DNA of 64,000 nt from Gaiellaceae bacterium (GTDB lineage: Bacteria; Actinomycetota; Thermoleophilia; Gaiellales; Gaiellaceae), in contig DATIBF010000053.1 in NCBI GenBank assembly GCA_035457655.1, forward strand, positions 23,182-87,181, written 5' to 3'. Both the position numbers and the translations under genes were made by a program. This document shows positions 37,389 through 46,351 of this stretch, piece by piece (the stretch's first letter is position 1; the number at the start of each line of letters is the position of its first letter). The notes under the pieces were generated by a model. It ran no database searches. It worked only from the letters and a program-made list of their open reading frames with translations, and was not told the DNA's origin.

Positions 37389-38362
37389 TCGTCCGCTGGG
37401 GCCTCGACAGCTATCCCGAGGTGCTGGCGGAGCTCGGGATCGAGCGGCCGCTCCTCATCACCACGCGCCGGTGGGATCACCTGCGGCTGCCGGTCGCGGC
37501 GCGGTTCTCCGGCGTCCGCCGGCACGTTCCGCGGGAGACGGTGGAGGAGGCGGTCGCTGCCGCCGAGAGCGCTGACGGCCTCGTAGCGCTCGGCGGCGGG
37601 AGCGCCATCGACACGGCGAAGGCGGTCAGCGCGGCCACCGGCCTGCCGGTGGTCTCGATCCCGACGACCTACTCGGGCGCCGAGTGGGCGACGGGGTTCG
37701 GCGTCCGGGACGAGGAGCGCGGGGTCAAGGTCGGGGGAGGAGGGGCCCGCGTCGAGGGCATCGTCTACGAGACGGACCTGACGCTCGGGCTTCCTCGGGA
37801 GGAGACCGGCGGCACGGCGCTGAATGCTCTTGCCCACTCGGCGGAGGCGCTCTACGTCACCGGCCGGAACCCGGATGCGGACCGCGAGGCGTTGGCCGGC
37901 GCCCGTCTCATCGCCTCCTCGCTGCCGGTGGTGCTCGCGAACGGAGACGATGTGGAAGCCCGGCGTGAGCTGCTCGAGGGCGCCCTCCACGCGGGCGCGG
38001 CGCTGGCGGGAGCGGGGCTCGGGCTCGGGCACGCCATGGCGCAGGCGCTCGGCGGCCGTTACGGGATCTCGCATGGTGCTCTCAATGCCGTCTGCCTTCC
38101 GCCTGCCCTGCGCTTCAACGAGCCGGTCGCGGCGGCCGAGATCGCCCGCTTCGGCGAGGCGATCGGCAGCCCTGACGAGGCTGCCGCGAAGGTCGAGGAG
38201 CTGGCCCGCCTGGCCGGCTTCGAGCGCCTTCGGGACCTGGGCGTCCCCGGGCCCGAGCTCCCGCTCGTCGCGGCCGCGGCGGCCGAGCGCGCCGGCGCGA
38301 AGGCGAACCCGCGGCCGGCCTCCCCGGAGGAGATCGCCGACCTCCTGCGCACAGTCTGGTAG
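37385..38362 (+). CDS. Iron-containing alcohol dehydrogenase family protein (maleylacetate-reductase-like)
   Basis: ALGGGSAIDTAKAV and NALAHSAEALY...HAMAQALGGRYGISHGALNA. GTG 37385 overlaps the LysR stop (GTGA). Confidence 0.85.
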   Translation: MIVRWGLDSYPEVLAELGIERPLLITTRRWDHLRLPVAARFSGVRRHVPRETVEEAVAAAESADGLVALGGGSAIDTAKAVSAATGLPVVSIPTTYSGAEWATGFGVRDEERGVKVGGGGARVEGIVYETDLTLGLPREETGGTALNALAHSAEALYVTGRNPDADREALAGARLIASSLPVVLANGDDVEARRELLEGALHAGAALAGAGLGLGHAMAQALGGRYGISHGALNAVCLPPALRFNEPVAAAEIARFGEAIGSPDEAAAKVEELARLAGFERLRDLGVPGPELPLVAAAAAERAGAKANPRPASPEEIADLLRTVW

Positions 38363-38372
38363 GAATTCGGCC

Positions 38373-39020
38373 GTGGCCGAGGACTGGCGCATCACGGTCG
38401 ACTTCGACGACGAGGGCGACGGCACCCAGCTCGTCGAGTGGCTCGCAGCTCGGCGCTTCCAGTCGGAGGAGCGCGAGAGCCTCGGCGGCCGGGTCGCTGT
38501 CAGCAGGGACGGTCCGCGCGTCTTTCTCTACGCCGACACCGAGGAGCTCGCCCGCGAGGCCGACGGCATCGTGCGCGCGCTCCTCTCCTCGGAAGGACGG
38601 CAGGCGCGGCTCGCGCTCGAGCGCTGGCATCCGGTCGAGCAGGACTGGAAGGACGCGAACGTCCCCCTGCCGCGAACGGAGGGGGAGGTCGACGCCGAGC
38701 GGCGGCGCCAGCAGGCGCGCGAGGAGGCGGAGTCGCTCGAGAGCGGTCACGCCGAGTGGGAGGTGCGGGTCTCCCTCCCGAATCGCGAGGCGACGCACGA
38801 GCTGGCGAAGCGGCTCGAAGCCGAGGGGATTCCGGTGATCCGACGCTCGACGTTCCTCCTCGTTGGGGCCGTGAACCAGGACGAGGCCGCGGCGCTTGCC
38901 GAGCGCCTGCGCACCGAGGCCCCGCAGGGCGCGGCCGTCGAGGTCGAGCCGGGCGGCGCCATGGTCTGGGAGGTCAGCCCCCGGAACCCGTTCGCCGTCT
39001 TCGGCGGTCTCGGCGGCTGA
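38373..39020 (+). CDS. Hypothetical protein (215 aa) with two similar alpha/beta modules
   Basis: GTG 38373 is in frame with listed ORF 37824. Coding-like composition, no family recognised. Confidence 0.55.
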   Translation: MAEDWRITVDFDDEGDGTQLVEWLAARRFQSEERESLGGRVAVSRDGPRVFLYADTEELAREADGIVRALLSSEGRQARLALERWHPVEQDWKDANVPLPRTEGEVDAERRRQQAREEAESLESGHAEWEVRVSLPNREATHELAKRLEAEGIPVIRRSTFLLVGAVNQDEAAALAERLRTEAPQGAAVEVEPGGAMVWEVSPRNPFAVFGGLGG

Positions 39021-39156
39021 CAACTCCAGGCTCGTCGAGTAGGCTTCTTCCGACCCGTTCCGCGACGAGAGGAGGATGAAGACCATGGAAGTTGCCAGTC
39101 TTTTCTCCTTGCGCGGTCCGGGCTTCCTCTAGCAGCCGAGCCTCCGAAGCCACGCT

Positions 39157-39176
39157 CGAGACCGCGCGAGACCGCG
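39157..39176 (+). repeat. Perfect tandem duplication of a 10-mer (CGAGACCGCG x2) in the rsgA upstream region
   Basis: Read directly at 39157-39166 and 39167-39176. Confidence 0.9.
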
Positions 39177-39210
39177 TCTCAGCCCCTGCACGAAGCAAAG
39201 GAGTCTCAGG

Positions 39211-40272
39211 TTGTCGTTCACGATGAGCGCGCTCGGGTGGAGCCCGAGCCGAGCAGCAGAGTTCGAAGCGTACGCCGCAAACGGGCTCGACCCCGCCCGT
39301 GTCGCCGCGCAGCATCGCGGCGCCTTCGTCGTCTACGTCGAGGGCGGCGAACGGCCCGCGGAGGTCGCCGGCCGCCTCCGCCACGCCGCCGCCACGGCGG
39401 CCGATCTTCCCGCGGTCGGCGACTGGGTGGCCGTCGAGGACCGGCCGGGCGCCGCGGCCGCGACCATCCATGCCGTCCTCGAGCGGTCGACCGCCTTCTC
39501 GCGGAAGGCCGCCGGCGAGGCAACGGCCGAGCAGGTGGTGGCCGCGAATGTCGACCTCGTCTTCGTCGTCAGCGCGTTCGGCGAGGATCTCAACCTCCGG
39601 CGGCTGGAGCGCTTCCTCGCCTCCGGGTGGGAGAGCGGCGCGCAGCCGGTGATCGTGCTCAACAAGAGCGACCTCGCCCAGGATCTCCCGACCGTCGTGG
39701 CCGAGGTCGAGGCGGTCGCGTTCGGCGTGCCCGTGCACGTCGTCAGCTGTCTCGACGCCGTCGGGCTCGAGGAGCTGGCCGCGTATCCGGCCGGCGGGCG
39801 CACGGTGGCGCTGCTCGGCTCCTCCGGCGTGGGCAAGTCCTCGCTCCTCAACCGCCTGCTCGGCTGGGAGCGCCAGCCGGTGCAGGGCCTGCGCGGCGGC
39901 GGGAAGGGCAGGCACACGACCACGCACCGCGAGCTCGTGCCGCTGCCCGGTGGCGGGCTCGTGCTCGACACGCCGGGCATGCGCGAGCTGGGGCTCTGGA
40001 ACGCAGGCGCGGGCGTGGAGGAGACGTTCGCCGACGTCGCCGAGCTCGCCGCTTCGTGCCGCTTCTCCGACTGCGCCCACGACACGGAGCCAGGCTGCGC
40101 CGTCCGCGCGGCGATCGTCGAGGGTCTCCTCGCCGAGGAACGCTTGGAGAGCTACCGCAAGCTGCAGCGCGAGCTCCGGCACCTCGAGCTCAAGGCCGAT
40201 CCGCGCGCGCGGTCGGAGGCGCGCCGTGCACGGCGCCGCTTCGCGCGCTCGCTCAGGAAGGGCGCCTACTGA
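39211..40272 (+). CDS. rsgA: Ribosome small-subunit-dependent GTPase A
   Basis: VLNKSDL, GSSGVGKSSLLNRL, GRHTTTHRELVPLPGGGLVLDTPGMRE and zinc knuckle CRFSDCAHDTEPGCAV. TTG 39211 or ATG 39223 as start. Confidence 0.9.
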   Translation: MSFTMSALGWSPSRAAEFEAYAANGLDPARVAAQHRGAFVVYVEGGERPAEVAGRLRHAAATAADLPAVGDWVAVEDRPGAAAATIHAVLERSTAFSRKAAGEATAEQVVAANVDLVFVVSAFGEDLNLRRLERFLASGWESGAQPVIVLNKSDLAQDLPTVVAEVEAVAFGVPVHVVSCLDAVGLEELAAYPAGGRTVALLGSSGVGKSSLLNRLLGWERQPVQGLRGGGKGRHTTTHRELVPLPGGGLVLDTPGMRELGLWNAGAGVEETFADVAELAASCRFSDCAHDTEPGCAVRAAIVEGLLAEERLESYRKLQRELRHLELKADPRARSEARRARRRFARSLRKGAY

Positions 40273-40278
40273 GCCGCC

Positions 40279-41577
40279 ATGGGGCTCGGGACGGCATTCG
40301 AGACCGGCCGCCTGTCGCGGGTGGGCATCCTCCGCCCGCTCAGGATCAGGGACTTCGCCCTGCTCTGGGCGGGTGCCGCGGTGTCGCTCGCCGGCGACGG
40401 CGTGTACGTGGTCGCGCTCGCGTGGCAGGTCTACGAGCTGTCCGACTCCCCGACCGCGCTCTCGCTCGTCGGGGTGGCCTGGACGGCGCCGCTCGGGCTC
40501 TTCGTGCTTCTCGGCGGCGTCGTCTCGGACCGGTTCTCGCGGCGCCGAATCATGATCGCCGCCGACCTCGTGCGAACGGCGGCGGCCGCCACGCTCGCGG
40601 CTCTCTCGCTCAGCGGGGTGATCGAGCTCTGGCACCTGATTGCGCTCGCGGCGGTGTTCGGCATCGGCGAGGCGTTCTTCGGCCCTGCCTTCACGTCGAT
40701 CGTTCCGCAGATCGTCCCTCGAGAGCTCCTGCTGCAGGCGAACTCGCTCGACCAGTTCATCCGGCCGTTCGCTTTTCTGCTGCTCGGTCCGGCGATCGGC
40801 GGCTGGCTGGTGGCGACGGCCGGTCCCGGCTGGGCCTTTGCCCTCGACGCGTGCACCTTCCTCGTCTCCGCCGGTGCGATCTTCCTCATCCGGCACCGGG
40901 GGGCCGTTCGGACCGATGCCTCCGAGCGAGGGGCGTCCATGCTGCGCGAGCTCCGCGAAGGCTTCGCCTTCGTCAGGGAGCATGCCTGGCTCTGGGCGAC
41001 GCTCCTCGCCGCGGCGGTGTTCCTGCTCGCGTACTGGGGCCCGATCGACGTGCTCGTCCCCTACCGGGTGAAGAACGAGCTCGGCGGGAGCGCCGGCGAC
41101 TTCGGCTTCGTCCTCGCGTGCGGCGGCGTCGGCTCGATCCTCGCCGCGCTCGTCCTCGGTCAGCGCGGCCTGCCGCGCCGGCACATCACCTTCATGTACT
41201 CGGCCTGGGCGCTCGGCTCGCTCGCCCTGGTCGGCTTCGGCCTGGCGACCGCGGTCTGGCAGCTCCAGGCGATCAGCCTCTTCGAGGGAGCTTCCTTCAC
41301 GGCCGGCCTCGTCGTGTGGGGGACGCTCGTGCAGACGCTCGTGCCGGGCGAGCTGCTCGGGCGCGTGACCAGCCTCGACTGGTTCGTCTCCACGAGTCTC
41401 GTGCCGGTCTCGTTCGCGCTTACCGGCCCGGTCTCGCACGCTCTGGGCGCGCAGACGACGCTCGTCGCGGGCGGCCTCGCAGCCGCGTTCGTCACGATCG
41501 CGTTCCTGTTCGTCCCCGGCGTTCGCGACACCGAGCGCGACGACAGCCTGCGCGACGCCCGCACCGCTCAAGAATAA
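40279..41577 (+). CDS. MFS transporter (EntS/MFS_3-like)
   Basis: 12 predicted TM helices. FALLWAGAAVSLAGDGVYVVALAWQV and SDRFSRRRIM loop. Confidence 0.85.
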   Translation: MGLGTAFETGRLSRVGILRPLRIRDFALLWAGAAVSLAGDGVYVVALAWQVYELSDSPTALSLVGVAWTAPLGLFVLLGGVVSDRFSRRRIMIAADLVRTAAAATLAALSLSGVIELWHLIALAAVFGIGEAFFGPAFTSIVPQIVPRELLLQANSLDQFIRPFAFLLLGPAIGGWLVATAGPGWAFALDACTFLVSAGAIFLIRHRGAVRTDASERGASMLRELREGFAFVREHAWLWATLLAAAVFLLAYWGPIDVLVPYRVKNELGGSAGDFGFVLACGGVGSILAALVLGQRGLPRRHITFMYSAWALGSLALVGFGLATAVWQLQAISLFEGASFTAGLVVWGTLVQTLVPGELLGRVTSLDWFVSTSLVPVSFALTGPVSHALGAQTTLVAGGLAAAFVTIAFLFVPGVRDTERDDSLRDARTAQE

Positions 41578-41608
41578 GCAAGGCAAATATGTGTGATTAG
41601 GAGAACAG

Positions 41609-41617
41609 TGGTATAGT
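41609..41617 (+). promoter_or_regulatory. Extended -10-like element TGGTATAGT, 9 nt upstream of ATG 41627
   Basis: This is the only AT-rich patch in the 49-nt gap. No SD lies at a functional distance; AGGAG is 24 nt upstream. Confidence 0.35.
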
Positions 41618-41626
41618 CAGACCGTC

Positions 41627-42820
41627 ATGGGCGAGCCCATCTCCGTCGACGTGCTCGTGGTCGGCAGCGGCGCCTCGGGACTCGCGGCCGCGGTGTCCGC
41701 CGCGCGCGCGGGCGCACGCGTGGCGCTCGCGGCGAAGGCATCGCTCCAGTCGTGCAACTCGGCCAAGGCCCAGGGCGGCATCCAGGCGGCCTTCGGAGAG
41801 GACGATTCCCCGGAGCAGCACGCGGAGGACGTCTGGAAGAGCTCGCACGAGACGGCGAACATGGAGCTGGTCCACGTGCTCACGTCGGAAGCGCCGGGGA
41901 CGATCCACTGGCTCGAGGAGCACGGCGTCGAGTTCACCCGCTCGAACGGTGGCTACCGTCTCGCCCGCTGCGGCGGCGCGAGCCGTAGGCGCCTGCTCCA
42001 GGTCGGCGACCGCACTGGCCTCGCCATCACGAGCGCGCTGCGCGGCGCCGTCGAGGCCCCGACCGTCCTCACGCTGCCGAAGTCGCCTCTCTCCGAGCTC
42101 GAGGCTACCGGGAGCGGCTGGCGGGCCCGCTGCGGCGAGCACGTCGTCGAGGCGGGCGCGGTCGTGCTCGCGGCCGGCGGGCGGTGCTTCCGCGAGGCCG
42201 AGGAGCGCCGCGAGCTCACCACCAACCACCCCGGCGCGACCGGCGAGGTGACCCAGATCGCGCTCGGCCTGGGCGCCGAGGCGCGCGACCTCGACGCGCT
42301 CCAGTACCACCCGAACGGCGGCGCGTGGCCGGCGACCATGCAGGGCTACTCGATTCCCGAGACGACGCGCGCCTACGGAGCCGTGCTCCTGAACGCCGCG
42401 CGCGAGGAGTTCACCGACTCGCTCGGCCCCCGCGACGAGGTCTCGCAGGCGATCTTCGACGAGGTCGAGGAAGGACGCGGGGTCGAGAGCCCCGACGGCC
42501 GGCCGGCCGTGTGGCTCGACACCACCCGGATCTCGCCCGAGGACGCCGAGATCTCGCTCCCCTACATGCTCCGGCGCTATCGCGCGGCCGGGATCGATCC
42601 GCTCGCCGAGCCGATCCTCACCTATCCCGTCCTCCACTACCAGAACGGCGGGCTCGTGATCGACGAGCATGGCGAGACGACCGTCGAGGGGCTCTTCGCC
42701 TGCGGCGAGATCGCCGGCGGCACGCACGGCCGGAACCGGATGATGGGCAACTCGCTGCTCGAGTGCTGCGTCTTCGGGCGCCGGGCCGGGAACGCCGCGG
42801 CCGAGAAGGCGACGAGCTGA
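41627..42820 (+). CDS. FAD-dependent oxidoreductase of the FrdA/SdhA/NadB flavoprotein family, lacking the C-terminal helical domain
   Basis: VDVLVVGSGASGLAAAVSAARAG, AQGGIQAAF, LQYHPNG and GRNRMMGNSLLECCVFGRRAG. It is only 397 aa. Confidence 0.85.
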   Translation: MGEPISVDVLVVGSGASGLAAAVSAARAGARVALAAKASLQSCNSAKAQGGIQAAFGEDDSPEQHAEDVWKSSHETANMELVHVLTSEAPGTIHWLEEHGVEFTRSNGGYRLARCGGASRRRLLQVGDRTGLAITSALRGAVEAPTVLTLPKSPLSELEATGSGWRARCGEHVVEAGAVVLAAGGRCFREAEERRELTTNHPGATGEVTQIALGLGAEARDLDALQYHPNGGAWPATMQGYSIPETTRAYGAVLLNAAREEFTDSLGPRDEVSQAIFDEVEEGRGVESPDGRPAVWLDTTRISPEDAEISLPYMLRRYRAAGIDPLAEPILTYPVLHYQNGGLVIDEHGETTVEGLFACGEIAGGTHGRNRMMGNSLLECCVFGRRAGNAAAEKATS

Positions 42821-43713
42821 TGGCGGTCGCCACCGATCTCCAGAAGGTCGTCGAGGACGCCGCGGCGCACCTCTACGTCTGGGCGCTGAAGGACATCCCG
42901 CAGGATCTCCGCGACGCGCTCGCGGAGGCCGCCGGCCGGGAGACCTCCGTCCCGGGGCAGCGCGTCCTGCAGACGATCCTCAGGAACGTCGAGGTCGCGG
43001 AGGAGGAGCGCAACCTCGTCTGCCAGGACACCGGGATCGCGGTCTACTACTGCCGGGTCGGCGAGCACTTCCCGCTGCATCCGGCCCGGATCTACGAGGC
43101 GCTGTACGACGGCACCGAGCGCGCGACGGTCGAGCATCCGCTGCGCTCGAACACCGTTCACACGCTCACCCGCGAGAACACGGGCCAGAACGTCGGCCAC
43201 CGCGTGCCGATCGTTCACTGGGATTTCGTCGCCGACTGGGACGGGCTCGACGTCAAGTGCGTCCCCAAAGGCTCGGGCTCCGAGAACATGAGCTTCCTGA
43301 AGATGTGCGTGCCGGCCGACGGCGTCGCAGGGATCAAGCGCTTCGTGCTCGACTCGATCGTCGGCGCCGGGGGGAAGCCGTGCCCGCCCGGGATCGTCGG
43401 AGTCGGCATCGGCGGCTCGGCCGACTATGCGATGTACCTCGCCAAGGAGGCAATCGCCCGCCCGGTCGGGACTCGCAACTCCGACCCGCTCGTGGCGCAG
43501 CTCGAGGACGAGCTCAAGGAGCTCCTCAACGAGACCGGCATCGGCCCGATGGGCCTCGGCGGCGACGTCACCGTCCTCCAGTGCCACGTCGAGCACGCGG
43601 ACACGCACATGACCCTGAACCCGGTCGCCGTCAACTACCAGTGCTGGGCCGCGCGTCGAGCGACGGCGCACATCGCCGCCGACGGCTCGGTCGACTACGA
43701 CCGGGAGGCGTGA
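42820..43713 (+). CDS. Fe-S type (class I) hydro-lyase, fumarate/tartrate family, alpha subunit
   Basis: VCQDTGIAVYY, VPKGSGSENMS and GIVGVGIGGSAD. The ATG overlaps the upstream TGA (TGATG). Confidence 0.85.
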   Translation: MAVATDLQKVVEDAAAHLYVWALKDIPQDLRDALAEAAGRETSVPGQRVLQTILRNVEVAEEERNLVCQDTGIAVYYCRVGEHFPLHPARIYEALYDGTERATVEHPLRSNTVHTLTRENTGQNVGHRVPIVHWDFVADWDGLDVKCVPKGSGSENMSFLKMCVPADGVAGIKRFVLDSIVGAGGKPCPPGIVGVGIGGSADYAMYLAKEAIARPVGTRNSDPLVAQLEDELKELLNETGIGPMGLGGDVTVLQCHVEHADTHMTLNPVAVNYQCWAARRATAHIAADGSVDYDREA

Positions 43714-44297
43714 TGGAAGAGCATCGCCTCACCTTCCCCGCGTCCGAGGAGGCCGTCCGCGAGCTGCGGGCCGGCGACTCCGTGCTCGTCGACGGGCACG
43801 TCATCGGCATCCGCGACCGGACGCAGATCCGCATCTTCGACCAGGGCATCGCGCCGCCGCTCGACCTCACCGGAGCCTTCCTCCTGCACACCGCGCCGAA
43901 CGTCCGCAAGGTCGGCGAGGGCCGGTACGAAAAGCTCTGCATCGGGACGACGACGAGCGCGCGCATGGTGCGCTTCACCGAGCCGCTCGGCCGCGACTAC
44001 GGCGTGCGCGCCATCTGCGGCAAGGGCGGGCTCCCCGACGAGGCGATCGAGCCGATGCGCCGCTACGGGATGGTCTACTTCGCCATCGTCGGCGGCGCGG
44101 CGGCGCTCGAGACGACCCAGATCGAGGAGATCGAGGAGGTCTACTGGGAGGAGCTCATGCCCGAGTGCCTGTGGAAGTTCCGGGTCAAGGACTTCGGCCC
44201 GCTGACCGTCGCCATCGACTCGCACGGAACCTCGCTCTACCACGACGTCCAGGAAGAGGCGAAGAAGCGATTGGAGGATCTCTATGCCCGGCTTTGA
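43713..44297 (+). CDS. Fe-S type (class I) hydro-lyase, beta subunit
   Basis: AGDSVLVDGHVIGIRDRTQIRIF, ICGKGGL and FAIVGGAAAL. TGATG overlap with the alpha subunit. Confidence 0.85.
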   Translation: MEEHRLTFPASEEAVRELRAGDSVLVDGHVIGIRDRTQIRIFDQGIAPPLDLTGAFLLHTAPNVRKVGEGRYEKLCIGTTTSARMVRFTEPLGRDYGVRAICGKGGLPDEAIEPMRRYGMVYFAIVGGAAALETTQIEEIEEVYWEELMPECLWKFRVKDFGPLTVAIDSHGTSLYHDVQEEAKKRLEDLYARL

Positions 44298-45072
44298 CGG
44301 CTTTCTCGACGTGCCGGCGCGCTCGCCGAAGCCGCGCGTCAAGGGGCTCACCCACGTTCTCGACAAGGGGCTGAGCCTCCCCGACATCGAGGGCCTGTTC
44401 GACACGGCGGGCGACTACGTCGACATCGTCAAGCTCGGCTGGGGAACGTCGTACGTGACGAACAACCTCGAGAAGAAGATCGCCCTCTACCGCTCGTTCG
44501 AGACCCCGGTCGTCTGCGGAGGGACGCTCTTCGAGGCCGCCGTCGCGCGCGAGAAGCTCGATGAGTACAAGAGCTGGCTTTCCGCGAACCGGCTGGCGCA
44601 CGTCGAGGTCTCCGATGGGACGGTCGACCTCCCGCGCGAGCAGAAGCTTGAGCTCATCGCCGACCTGGCTCGGGACTTCGTGGTCCTGTCCGAGGTGGGC
44701 TCGAAGGACGCCGAAGTCGTCTTCCCACCCTTCCAGTGGGTCGAGTGGATCAAGGAGGACCTCGACGCCGGCGCGTGGAAGGTGATCACCGAGGGTCGCG
44801 AGACCGGCACCGCCGGCATCTACAGGCCTTCCGGCGACATGCGCACAGGGCTCATCGACGAGATCGTGCACGAGATCGATGTGTCGGACGTCGTGTTCGA
44901 GGCGCCCGCCAGCGCGGCGCAGGCCTGGTTCGTCCAGCGCTTCGGCCCCGAGGTCAATCTCGGCAACATCCCGCCGGAGGAGGTCATCCCGCTCGAGACT
45001 CTTCGCCTGGGGCTCCGGGCCGACACGCTGAGGGAGGTGCTCCTGCGTGACGAGCCTGCTCTCGCTGACTGA
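44284..45072 (+). CDS. comA: (2R)-phospho-3-sulfolactate synthase
   Basis: Close collinear resemblance to archaeal ComA as I remember it: VLDKGL, GDYVDIVKLGWGTS, GGTLFE, VEVSDG, LSEVG, DLDAGAWKVITEGRE, VVFEAP and IPLETLRLGLRADT. Confidence 0.85.
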   Translation: MPGFDGFLDVPARSPKPRVKGLTHVLDKGLSLPDIEGLFDTAGDYVDIVKLGWGTSYVTNNLEKKIALYRSFETPVVCGGTLFEAAVAREKLDEYKSWLSANRLAHVEVSDGTVDLPREQKLELIADLARDFVVLSEVGSKDAEVVFPPFQWVEWIKEDLDAGAWKVITEGRETGTAGIYRPSGDMRTGLIDEIVHEIDVSDVVFEAPASAAQAWFVQRFGPEVNLGNIPPEEVIPLETLRLGLRADTLREVLLRDEPALAD

Positions 45073-45739
45073 GTCGGAGATCGAGGCGTTGCCGGCAGAG
45101 GACGTCCTCCGCTGGGCGGCGGAGGAGTTCGGCGACCGGCTCTGCCTCTCGTGCTCCTGGCAGAAGCAGTCCTCGGTGCTCGTGCACATGGTCTCCGAGC
45201 TCGGGCTCGACGTCGACTTCGTCGAGCTCGACACCCACCTCTTCTTCAAGGAGTCCTACGAGACGCGCGAGCGGCTCGTCGAGCGCTACGGGATCACGTT
45301 GATCGTCCCGGAGGTGCTGACGATCGCCGAGCAGCACAGGCGCGAGGGGCCGAACCTCTGGGAGACGAACCCCGACCGCTGCTGCCACATCCGGAAGGTC
45401 GAGCCGTTGCTTCGCCTGCTGGAGCCGTACGACGCGTGGGTCTCCGGCATCCGCCGCGAGCAAGCGCCGTCGCGCGCGAGCGCGCGGAAGGTCGAGCGCT
45501 CCGAGCGCTACGGCGTCTGGAAGGTGCAGCCCCTGGCGGACTGGAGCGAGAAGGAGGTCTGGCTGTACATCCTCCAGAACGACATCCCCTACAACCCGCT
45601 CCACGACGTCGGCTACCGTTCCATCGGCTGCATCCCGTGCACGAGGCCCACGAGGCCCGACGAGGAGGAGCGCGCGGGGCGCTGGGCCGGCTCCGACAAG
45701 CTGGAGTGCGGCATCCACGTCGAAGACAAGGACACGTAG
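45047..45739 (+). CDS. cysH: Assimilatory APS/PAPS reductase, Fe-S-cluster (APS-reductase) type
   Basis: SCSWQKQSSVLVHM, DRCCHIRKVEPL, SIGCIPCT (CC...CxxC cluster ligands) and C-terminal ECGIH. Confidence 0.9.
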   Translation: MTSLLSLTESEIEALPAEDVLRWAAEEFGDRLCLSCSWQKQSSVLVHMVSELGLDVDFVELDTHLFFKESYETRERLVERYGITLIVPEVLTIAEQHRREGPNLWETNPDRCCHIRKVEPLLRLLEPYDAWVSGIRREQAPSRASARKVERSERYGVWKVQPLADWSEKEVWLYILQNDIPYNPLHDVGYRSIGCIPCTRPTRPDEEERAGRWAGSDKLECGIHVEDKDT

Positions 45740-45751
45740 AAGGAGACAGGT

Positions 45752-46351
45752 TTGAGCGAGCACATTTTCGCCCACGAGCACCCGGAGTCCGACCGCGCGC
45801 GCGGCGGCGGCTTCACGATCTGGTTCACGGGTCTCTCGGGCTCCGGCAAGTCGACGATCGCGCACCTCGTCGGCCCGGCCCTGGACGAGCGCGGGCACAT
45901 CGTCGAGTACCTCGACGGCGACACCGTCCGCACCCATCTCTCGAAGGGCCTCGGCTTCTCGAAGGAGGACCGCGACACGAACATCGAGCGCATCGGCTGG
46001 GTCGCTTCGCGCATCACGCGCCACGGTGGGGCTGCCATCACCGCGGCCATCTCGCCCTACGTGGAGACGCGGCAGAAGGCGCGCGAGATGGTGGAGCAGT
46101 TCGGGCCGTTCGTCGAGGTCTTCGTCAAGGCGTCGGTCGAGGAGTGCGCGCGGCGGGACGTCAACGGTCTCTACGCCAAGGCCTTCGCCGGCGAGATCAA
46201 GGGCTTCACCGGCGTGGACGACCCGTACGAGGAGCCGGAGAGCCCGGAGATCATCGTCGACACGGAGGCGCAGACCCCGGAAGAAAGCGCCCAGATCGTC
46301 GTCCAGCGCCTGGAGGAACTCGGGCTCGTCGGCGCCGAGGTGCGGGCGTGA
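45752..46351 (+). CDS. cysC: Adenylylsulfate (APS) kinase
   Basis: [37 protein letters not shown] and SPY. TTG start with AAGGAGA upstream. Confidence 0.95.
   Translation: MSEHIFAHEHPESDRARGGGFTIWFTGLSGSGKSTIAHLVGPALDERGHIVEYLDGDTVRTHLSKGLGFSKEDRDTNIERIGWVASRITRHGGAAITAAISPYVETRQKAREMVEQFGPFVEVFVKASVEECARRDVNGLYAKAFAGEIKGFTGVDDPYEEPESPEIIVDTEAQTPEESAQIVVQRLEELGLVGAEVRA

Noticed and set aside
39076-39132. An 18-codon mini-ORF (MKTMEVASLFSLRGPGFL) preceded by GAGGAGG upstream of rsgA, considered as a possible leader peptide.
   Set aside because: The SD abuts the first ATG with no spacing. The peptide has no regulatory-codon signature, nothing links rsgA to attenuation control, and I cannot test conservation. 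It may be chance.
38974-41586. Very long antisense or alternate-frame ORFs in the track. Examples are 38974..41586 (-, 870 aa), 55231..57744 (-, 837 aa), 32670..34838 (-, 722 aa), 4151..5884 (-), 45151..47484 (+, as one 777-aa ORF) and 16221..18467 (+, as one 748-aa ORF).
   Set aside because: They are Arg/Pro/Gly/Ala/Ser-rich with no recognisable motifs, and they lie opposite or out of frame with genes that carry clear family signatures. Stop codons are rare in about 70 percent GC DNA, so such ORFs are expected artefacts. The long + strand ones are real genes only in their 3' parts, downstream of internal starts.
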